Of a DNA stretch of 64,000 nucleotides, positions 43,727 to 54,461 are shown piece by piece. Location of the stretch: the IMG/VR virus record IMGVR_UViG_3300007735_000801. One strand, written 5' to 3'. Each line of letters begins with the position of its first letter. Within the stretch, counting starts at the first letter, position 1. The position numbers and the translations under genes were made by a program. The notes below the pieces were generated by a model. That model searched no databases. It was not told where the DNA came from and saw only the letters and a list, made by a program, of their open reading frames with translations. Source of the stretch: a virus.

Positions 43727-44118
43727 TGAACACAACAGTCACAAGATTTACAGACATAGACTTTCTTCTTACTAAAAACGACTTAACAAATGACGTAAAT
43801 ATTAAGTATGATGCTAATGCTATCTCACAATCTATAAAAAATATCATACTAACTACACAAAAAGAAAAACTATTTTCTCAATTTTTTGGTGGAAATGCTT
43901 ATGATTTAGTGTTGAGTTCTCCTTCTCCTTTGGATATTGCCAGTAAACGATCACTTTTTGCAGCTGCTATAAAAAATAACGAACCAAGAGTCAATGTTCA
44001 GAGTATAAATATTACGGATTCGGGAGAAGGTGGTTGGCTTATAAAGGTATTATATCGCACAACTTACAATCAAACTAACCCTCTTAATACACAACAAATT
44101 GTAACAATATCACTATAA
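43726..44118 (+). CDS. 25: baseplate wedge gp25
   Basis: FTDID, AISQSIKNIILT..EK.F..FG, NEPRV. Confidence 0.9.
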   Translation: MNTTVTRFTDIDFLLTKNDLTNDVNIKYDANAISQSIKNIILTTQKEKLFSQFFGGNAYDLVLSSPSPLDIASKRSLFAAAIKNNEPRVNVQSINITDSGEGGWLIKVLYRTTYNQTNPLNTQQIVTISL

Positions 44119-44131
44119 TAAGAAAATAAAA

Positions 44132-45847
44132 ATGGCAAATCCTAAAATAAACATATCTTCTCTTACTTTTGATGACATTAAAACCTCGTTAAAAGCCTAT
44201 TTAAATAATCCAACCCTAAATCCTCAGTTTGTTGGTTATAATTTTGATGGATCTGCCTTAAATACCCTGTTGGATATCTTTTCTTACAACACACTATTTT
44301 ATTCTTTTTACAGTAACATGATTGCCAATGAAACCTTTTTGAGTACTGCTAGCCTAGAAAGCAGTATTGTTTCTTTGGTAAAGCCGCTAGGATATTTGGT
44401 TCCAGGCAAATCATCAGCTAAAATTCAGTTAAACGTGTCTCCAGCTTCTGGTAGTGTTACCGTTAATCCTTATTCTACTGTATTTACTGGGTTTAGTCCT
44501 TCTGGAGCTTCCTATTTGTTCTACTCCACTGAAGAAGTTTCGGTAGCCTCTGAGACCGATTTAAGCATATATGAAGCAAAATCTGTTGTCAACAATCTAG
44601 AAGTAACTGTTGATATCACGGAACAAAAGGTATTTTTAGGGAATACCAATGTTGATATTAATACTTTAACAGTAAAGGTTAATGACGTTGCCTGGACAAA
44701 GTATAATACGTTTCAGAGCAATCCAGGATCCGAAGGTACGGTTTATTTTCTAGATAGAACTTCTGGTGGTTTTTATATTATATTTGGTAAAAAGACTATT
44801 AATGATTATCAAACAACCTTTGGTAAAACTATAGCAGAAACAGATGTAGTAACAGTATCCTATCTTATTCCTTCTGGTGCTGGTGCAAACAATATTAATT
44901 CTGTCACTAATACTAATCTGGTAGTAAACAGCACAATACCGTCTATTGGTGGTGCAGATGGTGCAGATCTAGATTTGGTTAAATTCTTTGCTCCCAAGAT
45001 GTTTGCTGCTAATGATCGTGCAGTTACCAGAGACGACTATTACGGAGTATTGTTTAATTCCGACGTTCTTCCAACCAGTATTACCACACAAGATCAGGTG
45101 AATGTATGGGGCGGAGAAGAAGCGGATCCTCCAGCGTATGGAAGAGTATTTGTTTCTTTTGCAGACGAAACCTTGGATAAAACAACGCCATCAATTCAGA
45201 AATGTATGGAATTTTTAAAAACTAAAAGTGTTGTTACTGTTATTCCAGAATATGTGGAACCTCAATTAATAACAGTAAATTTAAATATACTTCTTGGAAA
45301 TGCTAGAACAACACAATTAATACCAATTCAAAACACTATCAACGACTTCTATAATACCACGAAAACATTTAACGACAGCATTAATATGGGTGATATTGTG
45401 GACCTGATCTCTTTAGGATTATACCCAAACGTAACTAGCATGTATCTAGAATCTGCCTCATTGGTATTAGAAGTCTACAGTTCATCGGTATCAAAAAATG
45501 TATATTTTAAAAATGAATTTGCTTCTGTGACTAGTATTTTACCAGTAGGATCTGCAGTATATTCAGGCAGTTTCTTGTATAACGGAAACACAATTATTCT
45601 GAAGGATAAACCAACCATATTTGATGAAAACAATTTTGGTTTAGAGGGCGAACTTCACGGATATTCTGGTACTACTGATGTTGGTGTTCTCGGATATGTG
45701 AATTACGTTTCTGGTTATGTCACTATAGACGCTAACGTTCTTCCAACATCAACAACTACATCTATTACGGCAATTCCAAAATATCCAGATAACATTGTAA
45801 TCAAGAATGAATTTGTATTAATAGCAAACACCACAGTAAGAATATAA
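44132..45847 (+). CDS. 6: baseplate wedge gp6
   Basis: FDDIKTSLK, YNFDGSAL..LLD..YNT, NETFL.TA, RAVTRDDY, WGGEE..PPAYGRVF. Confidence 0.93.
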   Translation: MANPKINISSLTFDDIKTSLKAYLNNPTLNPQFVGYNFDGSALNTLLDIFSYNTLFYSFYSNMIANETFLSTASLESSIVSLVKPLGYLVPGKSSAKIQLNVSPASGSVTVNPYSTVFTGFSPSGASYLFYSTEEVSVASETDLSIYEAKSVVNNLEVTVDITEQKVFLGNTNVDINTLTVKVNDVAWTKYNTFQSNPGSEGTVYFLDRTSGGFYIIFGKKTINDYQTTFGKTIAETDVVTVSYLIPSGAGANNINSVTNTNLVVNSTIPSIGGADGADLDLVKFFAPKMFAANDRAVTRDDYYGVLFNSDVLPTSITTQDQVNVWGGEEADPPAYGRVFVSFADETLDKTTPSIQKCMEFLKTKSVVTVIPEYVEPQLITVNLNILLGNARTTQLIPIQNTINDFYNTTKTFNDSINMGDIVDLISLGLYPNVTSMYLESASLVLEVYSSSVSKNVYFKNEFASVTSILPVGSAVYSGSFLYNGNTIILKDKPTIFDENNFGLEGELHGYSGTTDVGVLGYVNYVSGYVTIDANVLPTSTTTSITAIPKYPDNIVIKNEFVLIANTTVRI

Positions 45848-45850
45848 AAT

Positions 45851-46939
45851 ATGTTTTTCTTATTTAATAAAAATATTCCGAATAAAAATTATGCGGTTAA
45901 TATTAATGTATCTGGAATAGATGCTGAAATAATCACAGCAAGTATTAGATCTACCGCTCAAGAGATTTATAATTTTTATACTCCAACTCAACAAATTACC
46001 ACATCCTGTCATTATCCGTTAAACATTGCAGAATTATTTCCGTATTGGTTGCAAAAAGAGAGTGCCAATACCACGAGTCTAATTACCCTAACTGAAACAT
46101 ACTACCAGTGGTTAAACTGTAACACGCAAGACATTAATGAGGTAAGCTTTCTTCGTTTAGAAGACCTTACAGACTTAGAACAAATGCCAGGGAATTATGT
46201 AAAGCATTTAGCCAACACCTATTTAAACGCTTTACCGTCTGAGTTTATTAATAGTGAAGATTATACTGAAGGTATTATTGATGAAAGTAAAGTAAGAAAT
46301 TTAATAGACAACGTAAAAGTCAACCTTTATGCTCGTAAAGGTACAGATGAAAGTTTTAAATTTGTAATAAATGAATTATTTGACATAGATCCTGACAGAA
46401 TTACAGTTTCTTATCCTAAGAAATACGTAATGCGTCTGAATAGTGGTCGATTTGACGGAATGTCTGATAATTTATCGGATATGACCGACAGTTATTTGAA
46501 TTATTCTGTTATTTATGATGCAAATAATCTGTGGCAAGATTATTCTTATGTAGTTAATGTGTCTGGATTGACTGCAGAAAGTTACGAAACCACAGTTCGA
46601 CCCCTATTACATCCAGCAGGAACCGTTGATTTTTATCAAACCAGACAAGACATTTTTAATAATTTACAGGATTCTATTGTTATTGGAAAAAATGAAATAC
46701 CAATTATAAAAAATTATCGAGGGTATACTCTTGGTTCTAGCGAGTCTCTTGCTGTCTGTTATGCTGGATTTACTTCTGCTCCAACATACACATTCCCAAC
46801 ATGGGATCAAGAAATTTATGATAAATACTATATTGGCATGACTTTTGGCATGATAAATATAGAAGACTTTCTATTGTTATCTCCGATATCAGGCTATACC
46901 TATGCAAACGAAACACGCAGCGTCACTACTTGCCCATAA
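45851..46939 (+). CDS. 7: baseplate wedge gp7-like
   Basis: YYQWL, LYARKGT..SF, WQDYSYV, LLHPAG. Confidence 0.8.
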   Translation: MFFLFNKNIPNKNYAVNINVSGIDAEIITASIRSTAQEIYNFYTPTQQITTSCHYPLNIAELFPYWLQKESANTTSLITLTETYYQWLNCNTQDINEVSFLRLEDLTDLEQMPGNYVKHLANTYLNALPSEFINSEDYTEGIIDESKVRNLIDNVKVNLYARKGTDESFKFVINELFDIDPDRITVSYPKKYVMRLNSGRFDGMSDNLSDMTDSYLNYSVIYDANNLWQDYSYVVNVSGLTAESYETTVRPLLHPAGTVDFYQTRQDIFNNLQDSIVIGKNEIPIIKNYRGYTLGSSESLAVCYAGFTSAPTYTFPTWDQEIYDKYYIGMTFGMINIEDFLLLSPISGYTYANETRSVTTCP

Positions 46940-46957
46940 CTAAAAGAATAATCCACC

Positions 46958-48331
46958 ATGACACAACCCAACTTATCAAACTTAACACTACAACAAGTAC
47001 CAAAAGAATTATTCTTGATCCTAGGCGGAAACAGAACACCAATTGATGATGGTTTTGATCCTCATGCAGACGCTGCTATTGCTCAAAGAATTCCAGAAAA
47101 CAAGAGATGTTTGGTTGCAAACAACAATATATGGCAAGCAGGAAAAATCTATACTCCCTGGACATTGGAAGCTACACAAAATTATTATGTTTTAAATCAA
47201 AGTAATAATATAGTGTATTTGTGTGTAGGCGATAATTCTAATAATGTAATAAACGGAACAGTGCTTACTTCTGCCGTTATTCCAAACCATACTACTCCCA
47301 CAGTAACTCTTTATGATGATGGTTACAGCTGGTTGCCTTTATTTAAAGTTGATCCTAGTCAGTATACCTTTATTAATAAAACAGATCTTCCTTTGTATGA
47401 CATTTCCGTGAAACAAGAATATACTACCTTTGCAGAAAAATACGAACCTCTTTGTGGATCAGGAGTTACTAGTTTTGGTTGTTGCTGTTTATATTTCAAA
47501 GATCCAAGCACAGACGAAATAACCAACGAAGTATATCTTCAGGGTGATCTAACTAATGAAACTATATTTTCTGATTGTTATGAATGCCAAAAACTGGCTG
47601 ATAATTTAGATCGTCAGGCTATATTTTTAAGAGGCTTGACTGCTGGTGGTATTACCACAAGCAATACAGGAGAAAATCCTTTATGTGCTGCTACCACTAC
47701 CATAAAAACTTTATCAGAAGAATTAACAGAAAATAAAAATACTTTTACTCCAGGCAGCAGTAACGAATTTGCAGTAAAACTATTGTCTGAATTTTCGAGT
47801 ACTAACGGTGTTATGACTGCTCGTATTGATTTAACTAATCTGACACTAGCTCAACGAACACTCTCCAGTTCAAATCCAATTGTCTCGATTATAGATCCTA
47901 TTGGTTCTGGTGCTAGTGTACAGTTAAAAACCAATCAAATTGGTGTCAATTCCTACGAAGTCTACGGAATTGAAACATCCGCATATGGTAAAGATTATTT
48001 ACTTCCAGATCTTCTGATTAGTGGAACCACTGCAGGAAACCCATTAAATACCGCAATTACTCTATTTACGTTTCCTGATAATATTTTTGAAAGTACAGAG
48101 GTTTTAGTTCCTGGACAAAGGTATAAAATTAATTCCACCATACTAAGTACAGATATTTCCAGTGTTTCTGGAATCGACAACATAAATAAGTATGGTATTC
48201 TTGCTAATCCAGGATTTACTTCAGAAAATGGATCAGCTCAGTTTGTACAAAATAGCGCAACAACTACTACTTTGGAATATCGTGTATTCCTTGGTCTTAA
48301 ATCAGATTTTCCGTTGTGCACGAATGCATAA
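46958..48331 (+). CDS. 8: baseplate wedge gp8-like
   Basis: WQAGKIY, YYVLN..VYLC, P.HT..DGYSW. Confidence 0.75.
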   Translation: MTQPNLSNLTLQQVPKELFLILGGNRTPIDDGFDPHADAAIAQRIPENKRCLVANNNIWQAGKIYTPWTLEATQNYYVLNQSNNIVYLCVGDNSNNVINGTVLTSAVIPNHTTPTVTLYDDGYSWLPLFKVDPSQYTFINKTDLPLYDISVKQEYTTFAEKYEPLCGSGVTSFGCCCLYFKDPSTDEITNEVYLQGDLTNETIFSDCYECQKLADNLDRQAIFLRGLTAGGITTSNTGENPLCAATTTIKTLSEELTENKNTFTPGSSNEFAVKLLSEFSSTNGVMTARIDLTNLTLAQRTLSSSNPIVSIIDPIGSGASVQLKTNQIGVNSYEVYGIETSAYGKDYLLPDLLISGTTAGNPLNTAITLFTFPDNIFESTEVLVPGQRYKINSTILSTDISSVSGIDNINKYGILANPGFTSENGSAQFVQNSATTTTLEYRVFLGLKSDFPLCTNA

Positions 48332-48339
48332 GGACTAAT

Positions 48340-48768
48340 ATGGCAAACACAGATCCAGTCAAAAGTATAAATCTTTCTCCAACTAGCTATGCTACGCTTA
48401 ATGCTTCACAAACAGCTCGCAATTCAAATGCAGGAAATTATCAAGTATTTTCTACCCTAAGAAAAACTAGTAATGGAAAAATTACATATTCTAATACAGC
48501 TGATCAGTCATGCACCCAAACTGGTTTAGTTGCTTATGTAACTGATATTCCTGGTGCTATAAATCTTGGTGATACGTGGATTATTGGTGGGGAATCATAC
48601 GAAGTCAAATGGATAGAACCTGTTCCTGTTATCGATAAAACCAAAGGAAAATATGTGTCTACTGGTGTTCTGGATTTTGGAATATCTACTGGAGGAATAT
48701 CTGGTGGTGCTACAGGATCAGTAAAAGCATACAACTTCGATATTAGCATAAATACATTCACAGGATAA
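48340..48768 (+). CDS. structural protein (possibly a detached gp8 C-terminus)
   Basis: AAGGA RBS; position between gp8 and the DUF4815-like gene. Confidence 0.6.
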   Translation: MANTDPVKSINLSPTSYATLNASQTARNSNAGNYQVFSTLRKTSNGKITYSNTADQSCTQTGLVAYVTDIPGAINLGDTWIIGGESYEVKWIEPVPVIDKTKGKYVSTGVLDFGISTGGISGGATGSVKAYNFDISINTFTG

Positions 48769-48780
48769 AAATAACCACAA

Positions 48781-49524
48781 ATGAGCATACCAGAACCATT
48801 TAAATCAGGATTTCCACTCAAATCTAACCCATTTCGAAGTAGAATCGAATCTCAGATAAACACTGCAAAAAATTATTATGCAGTAGCTTTTCGTCCTGGT
48901 TTTCCCCTGCAAGCTGCAGAACTTAACGAAATGCAAGAGATTTTTTACGTTCAGCAGACTTTGACTCAAACCATGATGTCTTCTTGGCTCACCAAGGTGA
49001 TATTTGATGCTCAAGCTGGTGGTTCGGTAGAGGGTCCAGGTTGGGATGGTTGCACTCCTCTCAATCCTAATCTTATTAATAATTTGTCTAGTGGCACAAT
49101 CACCTTATATGTTCTTCCAGGTTGGTACTTGGTGAAGAGTAGAGATTTTAATGGTGGTCTTGGTGTTTGGGTATATAATCCAGAAGAGCTTCCGTTGATT
49201 CAAAATTTTTCTAATACTTCTGCGGAAAGTACTACTGGTTATTACGGAATAAGAGTAAAACCAATAACTATTTCCTGTACTTCCACGGTTCCTGCAGGAA
49301 CTAATGAAGATAATTCCATTCAGGATCAAACCAATATTAATGTAATTAATGGTCCATGTGGTGCTTCTCGCCTGCAATTAAAAATTATGGGATTCGGACA
49401 CAGCTCTACCGTTGCTACAGGAGAAACTTTTCTTCCAATCTGTTCAGCAATTAATACTCCATCAAGCGCAGAAGTAAATTTTATAAACAATTATCAAATT
49501 TTCAGACAAGATTATATTACTTAA
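48781..49524 (+). CDS. DUF4815/VrlC-like virion protein (short)
   Basis: NYYAVAFRPGFPLQAAELNEMQ. Confidence 0.75.
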   Translation: MSIPEPFKSGFPLKSNPFRSRIESQINTAKNYYAVAFRPGFPLQAAELNEMQEIFYVQQTLTQTMMSSWLTKVIFDAQAGGSVEGPGWDGCTPLNPNLINNLSSGTITLYVLPGWYLVKSRDFNGGLGVWVYNPEELPLIQNFSNTSAESTTGYYGIRVKPITISCTSTVPAGTNEDNSIQDQTNINVINGPCGASRLQLKIMGFGHSSTVATGETFLPICSAINTPSSAEVNFINNYQIFRQDYIT

Positions 49525-49547
49525 CAACAACAGGATAATTACAAAAA

Positions 49548-51932
49548 ATGCCAACGCCAATCACATCTCTAGCTACTACTGACACGTTTAATACGTGGTT
49601 TAACTCCACCAATACAGTTATAACTGCATTGAATGGTATTAGTATGTACAAAGGATTTGCTGGAGATGGTGTTAGTATCACTTACGATACATCTGGTAAC
49701 TATACATTTAGTCATTCAAATACGGTGACTACTGGAGTAACATTTAACGGAAGTGTTTTATTCAATGGCGCAGTTTCGTTTGCTGGTGCTGCTCCTTCAA
49801 TTTCTTCCACCACAATCAGTATTTCTCCTGCAGTCGCAGGCTTGACTTCTGGTAATATCGTAACTACACATCCTACGTTAGGATTGACTTTAGCAAAAGC
49901 AGATAGTGCAAGCACATCTGAAGTTATGGGTATTGTTGTAGCTCAATCTGCTTCTGCCACAACAGTCGCTGTTAGTGGATCAGTCAATAATACAGTATTC
50001 AGTAATACAATTAGTAATGCATTAGGAATTTCTGGTGCCACATTAACCACTGGACAAGCCTACTTCTTGAGTCCAACTGTGGCTGGTGGAATCACAACAA
50101 TTGAACCAAACACATTTGGTCATGTTTCTAAACCTATTTTGCTAGGTATTACAGGTAGTGCTGGTTCCATACTTCCGTATCGTGGCATCATTATTGAAGG
50201 TATTAGTGCTGGTATTACTGCGGAATTAGATAATAAAGTAATTGTTGAAGTAGATTTTAGTACTAATCCTGCTGGATTTACTACTAGTAATCAGGTTAAA
50301 GTAGGAGATACTTTTTGTGTTGTATACGATAACGGTGATTCGTTTGTTCAATTATTGAGTAATTACGGAAATTATAAACTTGCAGGAAAATTAAATTCCT
50401 CTTCTGGTATTAATTGTTTTGTTCCTGATATGTCTACTGGATTCAGCAATTCAATAGGTGATTTGCTTGGATCTAATTTTTTCGGTCTAGTTAGTAAGGT
50501 TATTACTACCACAGCAACAAAATATATTTTAGAAATTACTACTGTTGGTGGATCCTTTAATTGTAATATTGCTGATTTAGATTCTAGTTTTTATAGTTCG
50601 TCTACAGATACTGGTTCCTATTCTCTTTTTGTAGATACTACTTCAGGGTTAATGGGTCTTATTCCAAATTTATATTCTAACTCAATAGATTATAAGTTTT
50701 TAGACCTTATTAGATTAGATGCAAGTACTGCAAAAATAGTTCTAAGTAAAACACAGAATACCAGAGATCTTGGTACGTATGGTTCTTCTTCTGCATTTAC
50801 TAGTTTTGCTGCATTTGGTGGAGGTGGAGGATCAAATAGCGGAGAATATGATAATCTAATTCCTAATGGCACATTCAGTATTTGGCAGAGAAACGCAACA
50901 TCATTAACTGCTGGTAACTTAAACACATACAGTACACCAGTTGCTGATCGCTGGTTTGTTGTTAAAAATGGTATTACTGGAACAACTGCTTCTATTTCCA
51001 GACAAGAATTTTCTTCGGATCAAACCTCAGTTCCAGGATCTCCGTTATACTATGTTGATTGTAAGTTCCAGTACACACAACCAAGTAGTTTAGACAAACG
51101 ACCAAAACTAGAAAACATTCAGAAGGAAGCACGGCTTCTTCAGAATCAAAATGCTACTATTAATTTCTGGGCAAAGTCCACAATTGATGGATCTACTCTG
51201 GATGTAGTCTATAATCGATACAGAGACGCATACACCACTACTGCAGGCGTTACTACAGATCTAGCTAATCGTGTATTAGTTGGTACTGGTGGTGTAACTC
51301 TCACTACCTTCTGGTCGGAATATGTTTACACCTTCCCTGTCAGTACTTGGGGAACTACATTAGGAGCAACCCAAAGTGGTTGGTTTGCTGTAGGATTTGA
51401 ATTCCCAAATTCCACTACCACTATTAGTCTTGCACAAGTTCAATTAGACTTTAACGGAAACACTGGATCTGTATTTTATGTGAGTCCAACCGCCGAACTA
51501 GAGCGATGCAAACCTTATTATCAAAGAACTTATGATCTGGGACAAACTGCAGGATATGCTGGAAGTTCCACAAATAACGAAAAAGTATTGCAATTAGCAA
51601 ATCTAAATTCACAAACAATTTATTTTGTTGATTTCCCAGTAGAAATGGTCAGCAGTCCAACCATTTCCTTGTATGCACCAAACGGAATATTAGGTGATGC
51701 TTATAATATGAATTCAGGAAAAAATATGGCAAGTTCAGATGCTACAACAGTTTCGTATCCATGGACAACAACTACATTTACACGTGTCAGTAGTTCTTCA
51801 TCTTACGGAAATATTTCTGTTGGCTCTACTAGTAAAAAGGGAATGGAAATTTCCATACTTAATGGAGCAGCATCTTTGGATGCATTAAAGTTCCATTATG
51901 TTGCAGATTCAGATTTAAGTTTAAACGTATAA
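49548..51932 (+). CDS. tail fibre/baseplate-associated protein
   Basis: TDTFNTW..TN N-terminus; NLIPNGTFSIWQR..ADRW carbohydrate-binding-like domain; ELERCKPYYQ. Confidence 0.75.
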   Translation: MPTPITSLATTDTFNTWFNSTNTVITALNGISMYKGFAGDGVSITYDTSGNYTFSHSNTVTTGVTFNGSVLFNGAVSFAGAAPSISSTTISISPAVAGLTSGNIVTTHPTLGLTLAKADSASTSEVMGIVVAQSASATTVAVSGSVNNTVFSNTISNALGISGATLTTGQAYFLSPTVAGGITTIEPNTFGHVSKPILLGITGSAGSILPYRGIIIEGISAGITAELDNKVIVEVDFSTNPAGFTTSNQVKVGDTFCVVYDNGDSFVQLLSNYGNYKLAGKLNSSSGINCFVPDMSTGFSNSIGDLLGSNFFGLVSKVITTTATKYILEITTVGGSFNCNIADLDSSFYSSSTDTGSYSLFVDTTSGLMGLIPNLYSNSIDYKFLDLIRLDASTAKIVLSKTQNTRDLGTYGSSSAFTSFAAFGGGGGSNSGEYDNLIPNGTFSIWQRNATSLTAGNLNTYSTPVADRWFVVKNGITGTTASISRQEFSSDQTSVPGSPLYYVDCKFQYTQPSSLDKRPKLENIQKEARLLQNQNATINFWAKSTIDGSTLDVVYNRYRDAYTTTAGVTTDLANRVLVGTGGVTLTTFWSEYVYTFPVSTWGTTLGATQSGWFAVGFEFPNSTTTISLAQVQLDFNGNTGSVFYVSPTAELERCKPYYQRTYDLGQTAGYAGSSTNNEKVLQLANLNSQTIYFVDFPVEMVSSPTISLYAPNGILGDAYNMNSGKNMASSDATTVSYPWTTTTFTRVSSSSSYGNISVGSTSKKGMEISILNGAASLDALKFHYVADSDLSLNV

Positions 51933-51941
51933 GGATAATAA

Positions 51942-53075
51942 ATGGCTAATTCTTCCAGTTCACAAAATAGCAGAGTCTTTGCCCCATATGTTGTGTTGGC
52001 ACAAGATACTTCACGTCTTTTCATCACCATAAAGACAGGAGAAGGTTATAGTATTGCTAGCGGTATTACTGCTGGAGATGTTATTCGATTTAATCCTCAA
52101 TATGCTGCAGCGGGTATAACTGGACAATATGTTAAATCACAAGCTAATACCGACGAAAATGCTGAAGTTGTTGGTATTGTTGAAAGCAAAGCAAATAATA
52201 TTTACACCGTTGTTACACATGGTTCTATTTTATATCCTGCTAGTCGTTTGACTGGAATTTGCGGAGCTGGTGGTGGTCTTGACATTCTATTTTTAGATTA
52301 TAATGTTGCTGGTGGATTGACAGGAACTATCGATCTTAGCACTACTGGGGAAAAGATTATTAAACCAGTGTTTCAGATAGCTCCTCATAGCACATATAAT
52401 GGATTAGTAGTAAACTACATTGGCTATAAGACAGGAAATGCAGCTACAGTATCATCAAATCCAACAGGTGCTGGAAATGTTCAATATGTTAATGCTAGCG
52501 TTACTCCTGCCAGTAATTGGTTGGAAGTTAGTGTAGACCGAACAGTTCAGGTTGCAATGTTTTCTGATTTGTATGGAGTTTACGGAAAAACAAATGGTCC
52601 TTTCACTGAAAAGATTACTGTGACATCTACACCATCCAGTGCATTAATTGGTAGAACAATATACCAATTAAGTGGTGGTAGTCAAATAAACACAGGTACA
52701 ATTACGAGTGTTGATACTGGTAACAAATACATTTACGCACAAAAAGTTTCAAATGCATCATTGATGACTGTTCCTGGAACAGTCTATGTTGCTACTAGCG
52801 GATCTGGGCAATTATTTTCAGCAACAGCATCAGAAGTTTATGAATTTACTGTTCCTGCTGTTGTTAGTAGTAATGTGATAACTCAAAATTCATCTCCATT
52901 AATTCCTTATGTAGAAACAACTAACACATCTACCGTTAGTGTGCCTGGAGCATTAAGTGTTACATCAATGAGCGTATCTGGAATTTTAGAATTAGGTGAC
53001 ATAACAGATGTAGAAACTCGCATTAATACTATGCAATCCCAAATTGATACTATAAATGCTAGGTTAAACCTCTAA
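51942..53075 (+). CDS. virion structural protein
   Basis: AEVVGIV module shared with the preceding gene. Confidence 0.7.
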   Translation: MANSSSSQNSRVFAPYVVLAQDTSRLFITIKTGEGYSIASGITAGDVIRFNPQYAAAGITGQYVKSQANTDENAEVVGIVESKANNIYTVVTHGSILYPASRLTGICGAGGGLDILFLDYNVAGGLTGTIDLSTTGEKIIKPVFQIAPHSTYNGLVVNYIGYKTGNAATVSSNPTGAGNVQYVNASVTPASNWLEVSVDRTVQVAMFSDLYGVYGKTNGPFTEKITVTSTPSSALIGRTIYQLSGGSQINTGTITSVDTGNKYIYAQKVSNASLMTVPGTVYVATSGSGQLFSATASEVYEFTVPAVVSSNVITQNSSPLIPYVETTNTSTVSVPGALSVTSMSVSGILELGDITDVETRINTMQSQIDTINARLNL

Positions 53076-54448
53076 TGAAAATTATTGGTTCTAGTGTAGC
53101 TAGTTCAGTAACTTCCTACTTTTCAGCTACAGGACCAACTGGTCCTACTGGTCCAACTGGTCCTACAGGACCCGCTGGATACGGACCAACAGGACCAACT
53201 GGTTCTAATATTATTGGAATCACATTAGTTAATCGTTTTTTAGTAACTACATTTTCTAATGGTTCTACTTATTCTACTCCTGTGCAAGTATATGGTGCAA
53301 CAGGAAATGCATCTTACCTATTAGGGGTTTCTAATATAGGAACTGGTGTTAGTTTAGGTTATGGTGTTACTGGAACCAATTTACAAGTAAGACCTATAAG
53401 ATTTGTTAGTACTGCTAACACATCATTTTCAGTATCTGATCAGACAAATTTTGTGGATGTTAATTTTCAAATTAATAGTCCTGGAGTAACACTAGTAAAC
53501 TCTAGTTCAACAGAAAGAAATTTAATAAAATTTAATTCTTCTGGAGTTCTACAAAGAGTCTCTAATACCTTTGGCATAACCCTACCACTAGATCCAACTA
53601 ATGTTGGTGTGCAATCTATTGGTTTTGTAAACGCAAATATTTTTGAAATTGTTCGTGGTGGTGGATGGACAGGTTCCACAGGAGGTGGTTCAACAGGCGC
53701 AATTGGTTGTACTGCCACAGTTGTAGGAATTACCTGTACGATAGATCCTACTTTCAGAGAATTTGATGGTCAAATGTATGGTTCTAGTTCTCGTGTATTT
53801 GTTACAGATTTCCGTGGAAGTACTGGAACAATTGTTGTTAACAATCCACCAAACGATAATAAGGTTTATGGATTTGATTTGCTTCTTTCTGGAGCATTAA
53901 ATCCTCAATTAATTTCTAACAGATTTAGCTCAAACATTAAATGGTCTCTGAACAGAGCACCATGTTTTAGTTTTGATGGAACTACTTGTGATATGAAAAT
54001 ATCATTTTTTGGCTTAGGTGGAACCACAGCTTGGTATGCTTCAGCAATCCCAACATCATCTCGATGTACTGATGTTAAGATGTTTGATTCTAATTGTGTT
54101 TCTCCTAATACATTTACCTCTGGAAGTTCTACCTTTAAAGAATTGGGATTCACTGGAGCTTGTTGTAAGGCTGATGGAACCTGCGAAGAAACCTATGCAG
54201 AAAATTGTGTAGGATTCTTTCACGGCATTGGTACTACTTGCGGAACAACATATGACTCTATTTGTGACAAAGTAGGAGCTTGCTGTGTTCTTGATGTAAC
54301 GTATAATTGTTATGATTACCTGTCTTGCACAGATTGCCTGGCTCTAGGAATATCTGGTTCTGTAACCACTCAGTTCGCAGGAAAATATACTACATGTGCT
54401 GATGTGGATTGTAGTATTCTTTACGACAACTACTATAATTTCTTATAA
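53075..54448 (+). CDS. collagen-like fibre protein with GACC repeats
   Basis: (GPT)n N-terminus; GACC C-terminus. Confidence 0.75.
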   Translation: MKIIGSSVASSVTSYFSATGPTGPTGPTGPTGPAGYGPTGPTGSNIIGITLVNRFLVTTFSNGSTYSTPVQVYGATGNASYLLGVSNIGTGVSLGYGVTGTNLQVRPIRFVSTANTSFSVSDQTNFVDVNFQINSPGVTLVNSSSTERNLIKFNSSGVLQRVSNTFGITLPLDPTNVGVQSIGFVNANIFEIVRGGGWTGSTGGGSTGAIGCTATVVGITCTIDPTFREFDGQMYGSSSRVFVTDFRGSTGTIVVNNPPNDNKVYGFDLLLSGALNPQLISNRFSSNIKWSLNRAPCFSFDGTTCDMKISFFGLGGTTAWYASAIPTSSRCTDVKMFDSNCVSPNTFTSGSSTFKELGFTGACCKADGTCEETYAENCVGFFHGIGTTCGTTYDSICDKVGACCVLDVTYNCYDYLSCTDCLALGISGSVTTQFAGKYTTCADVDCSILYDNYYNFL

Positions 54449-54461
54449 CTAATATAGAATC

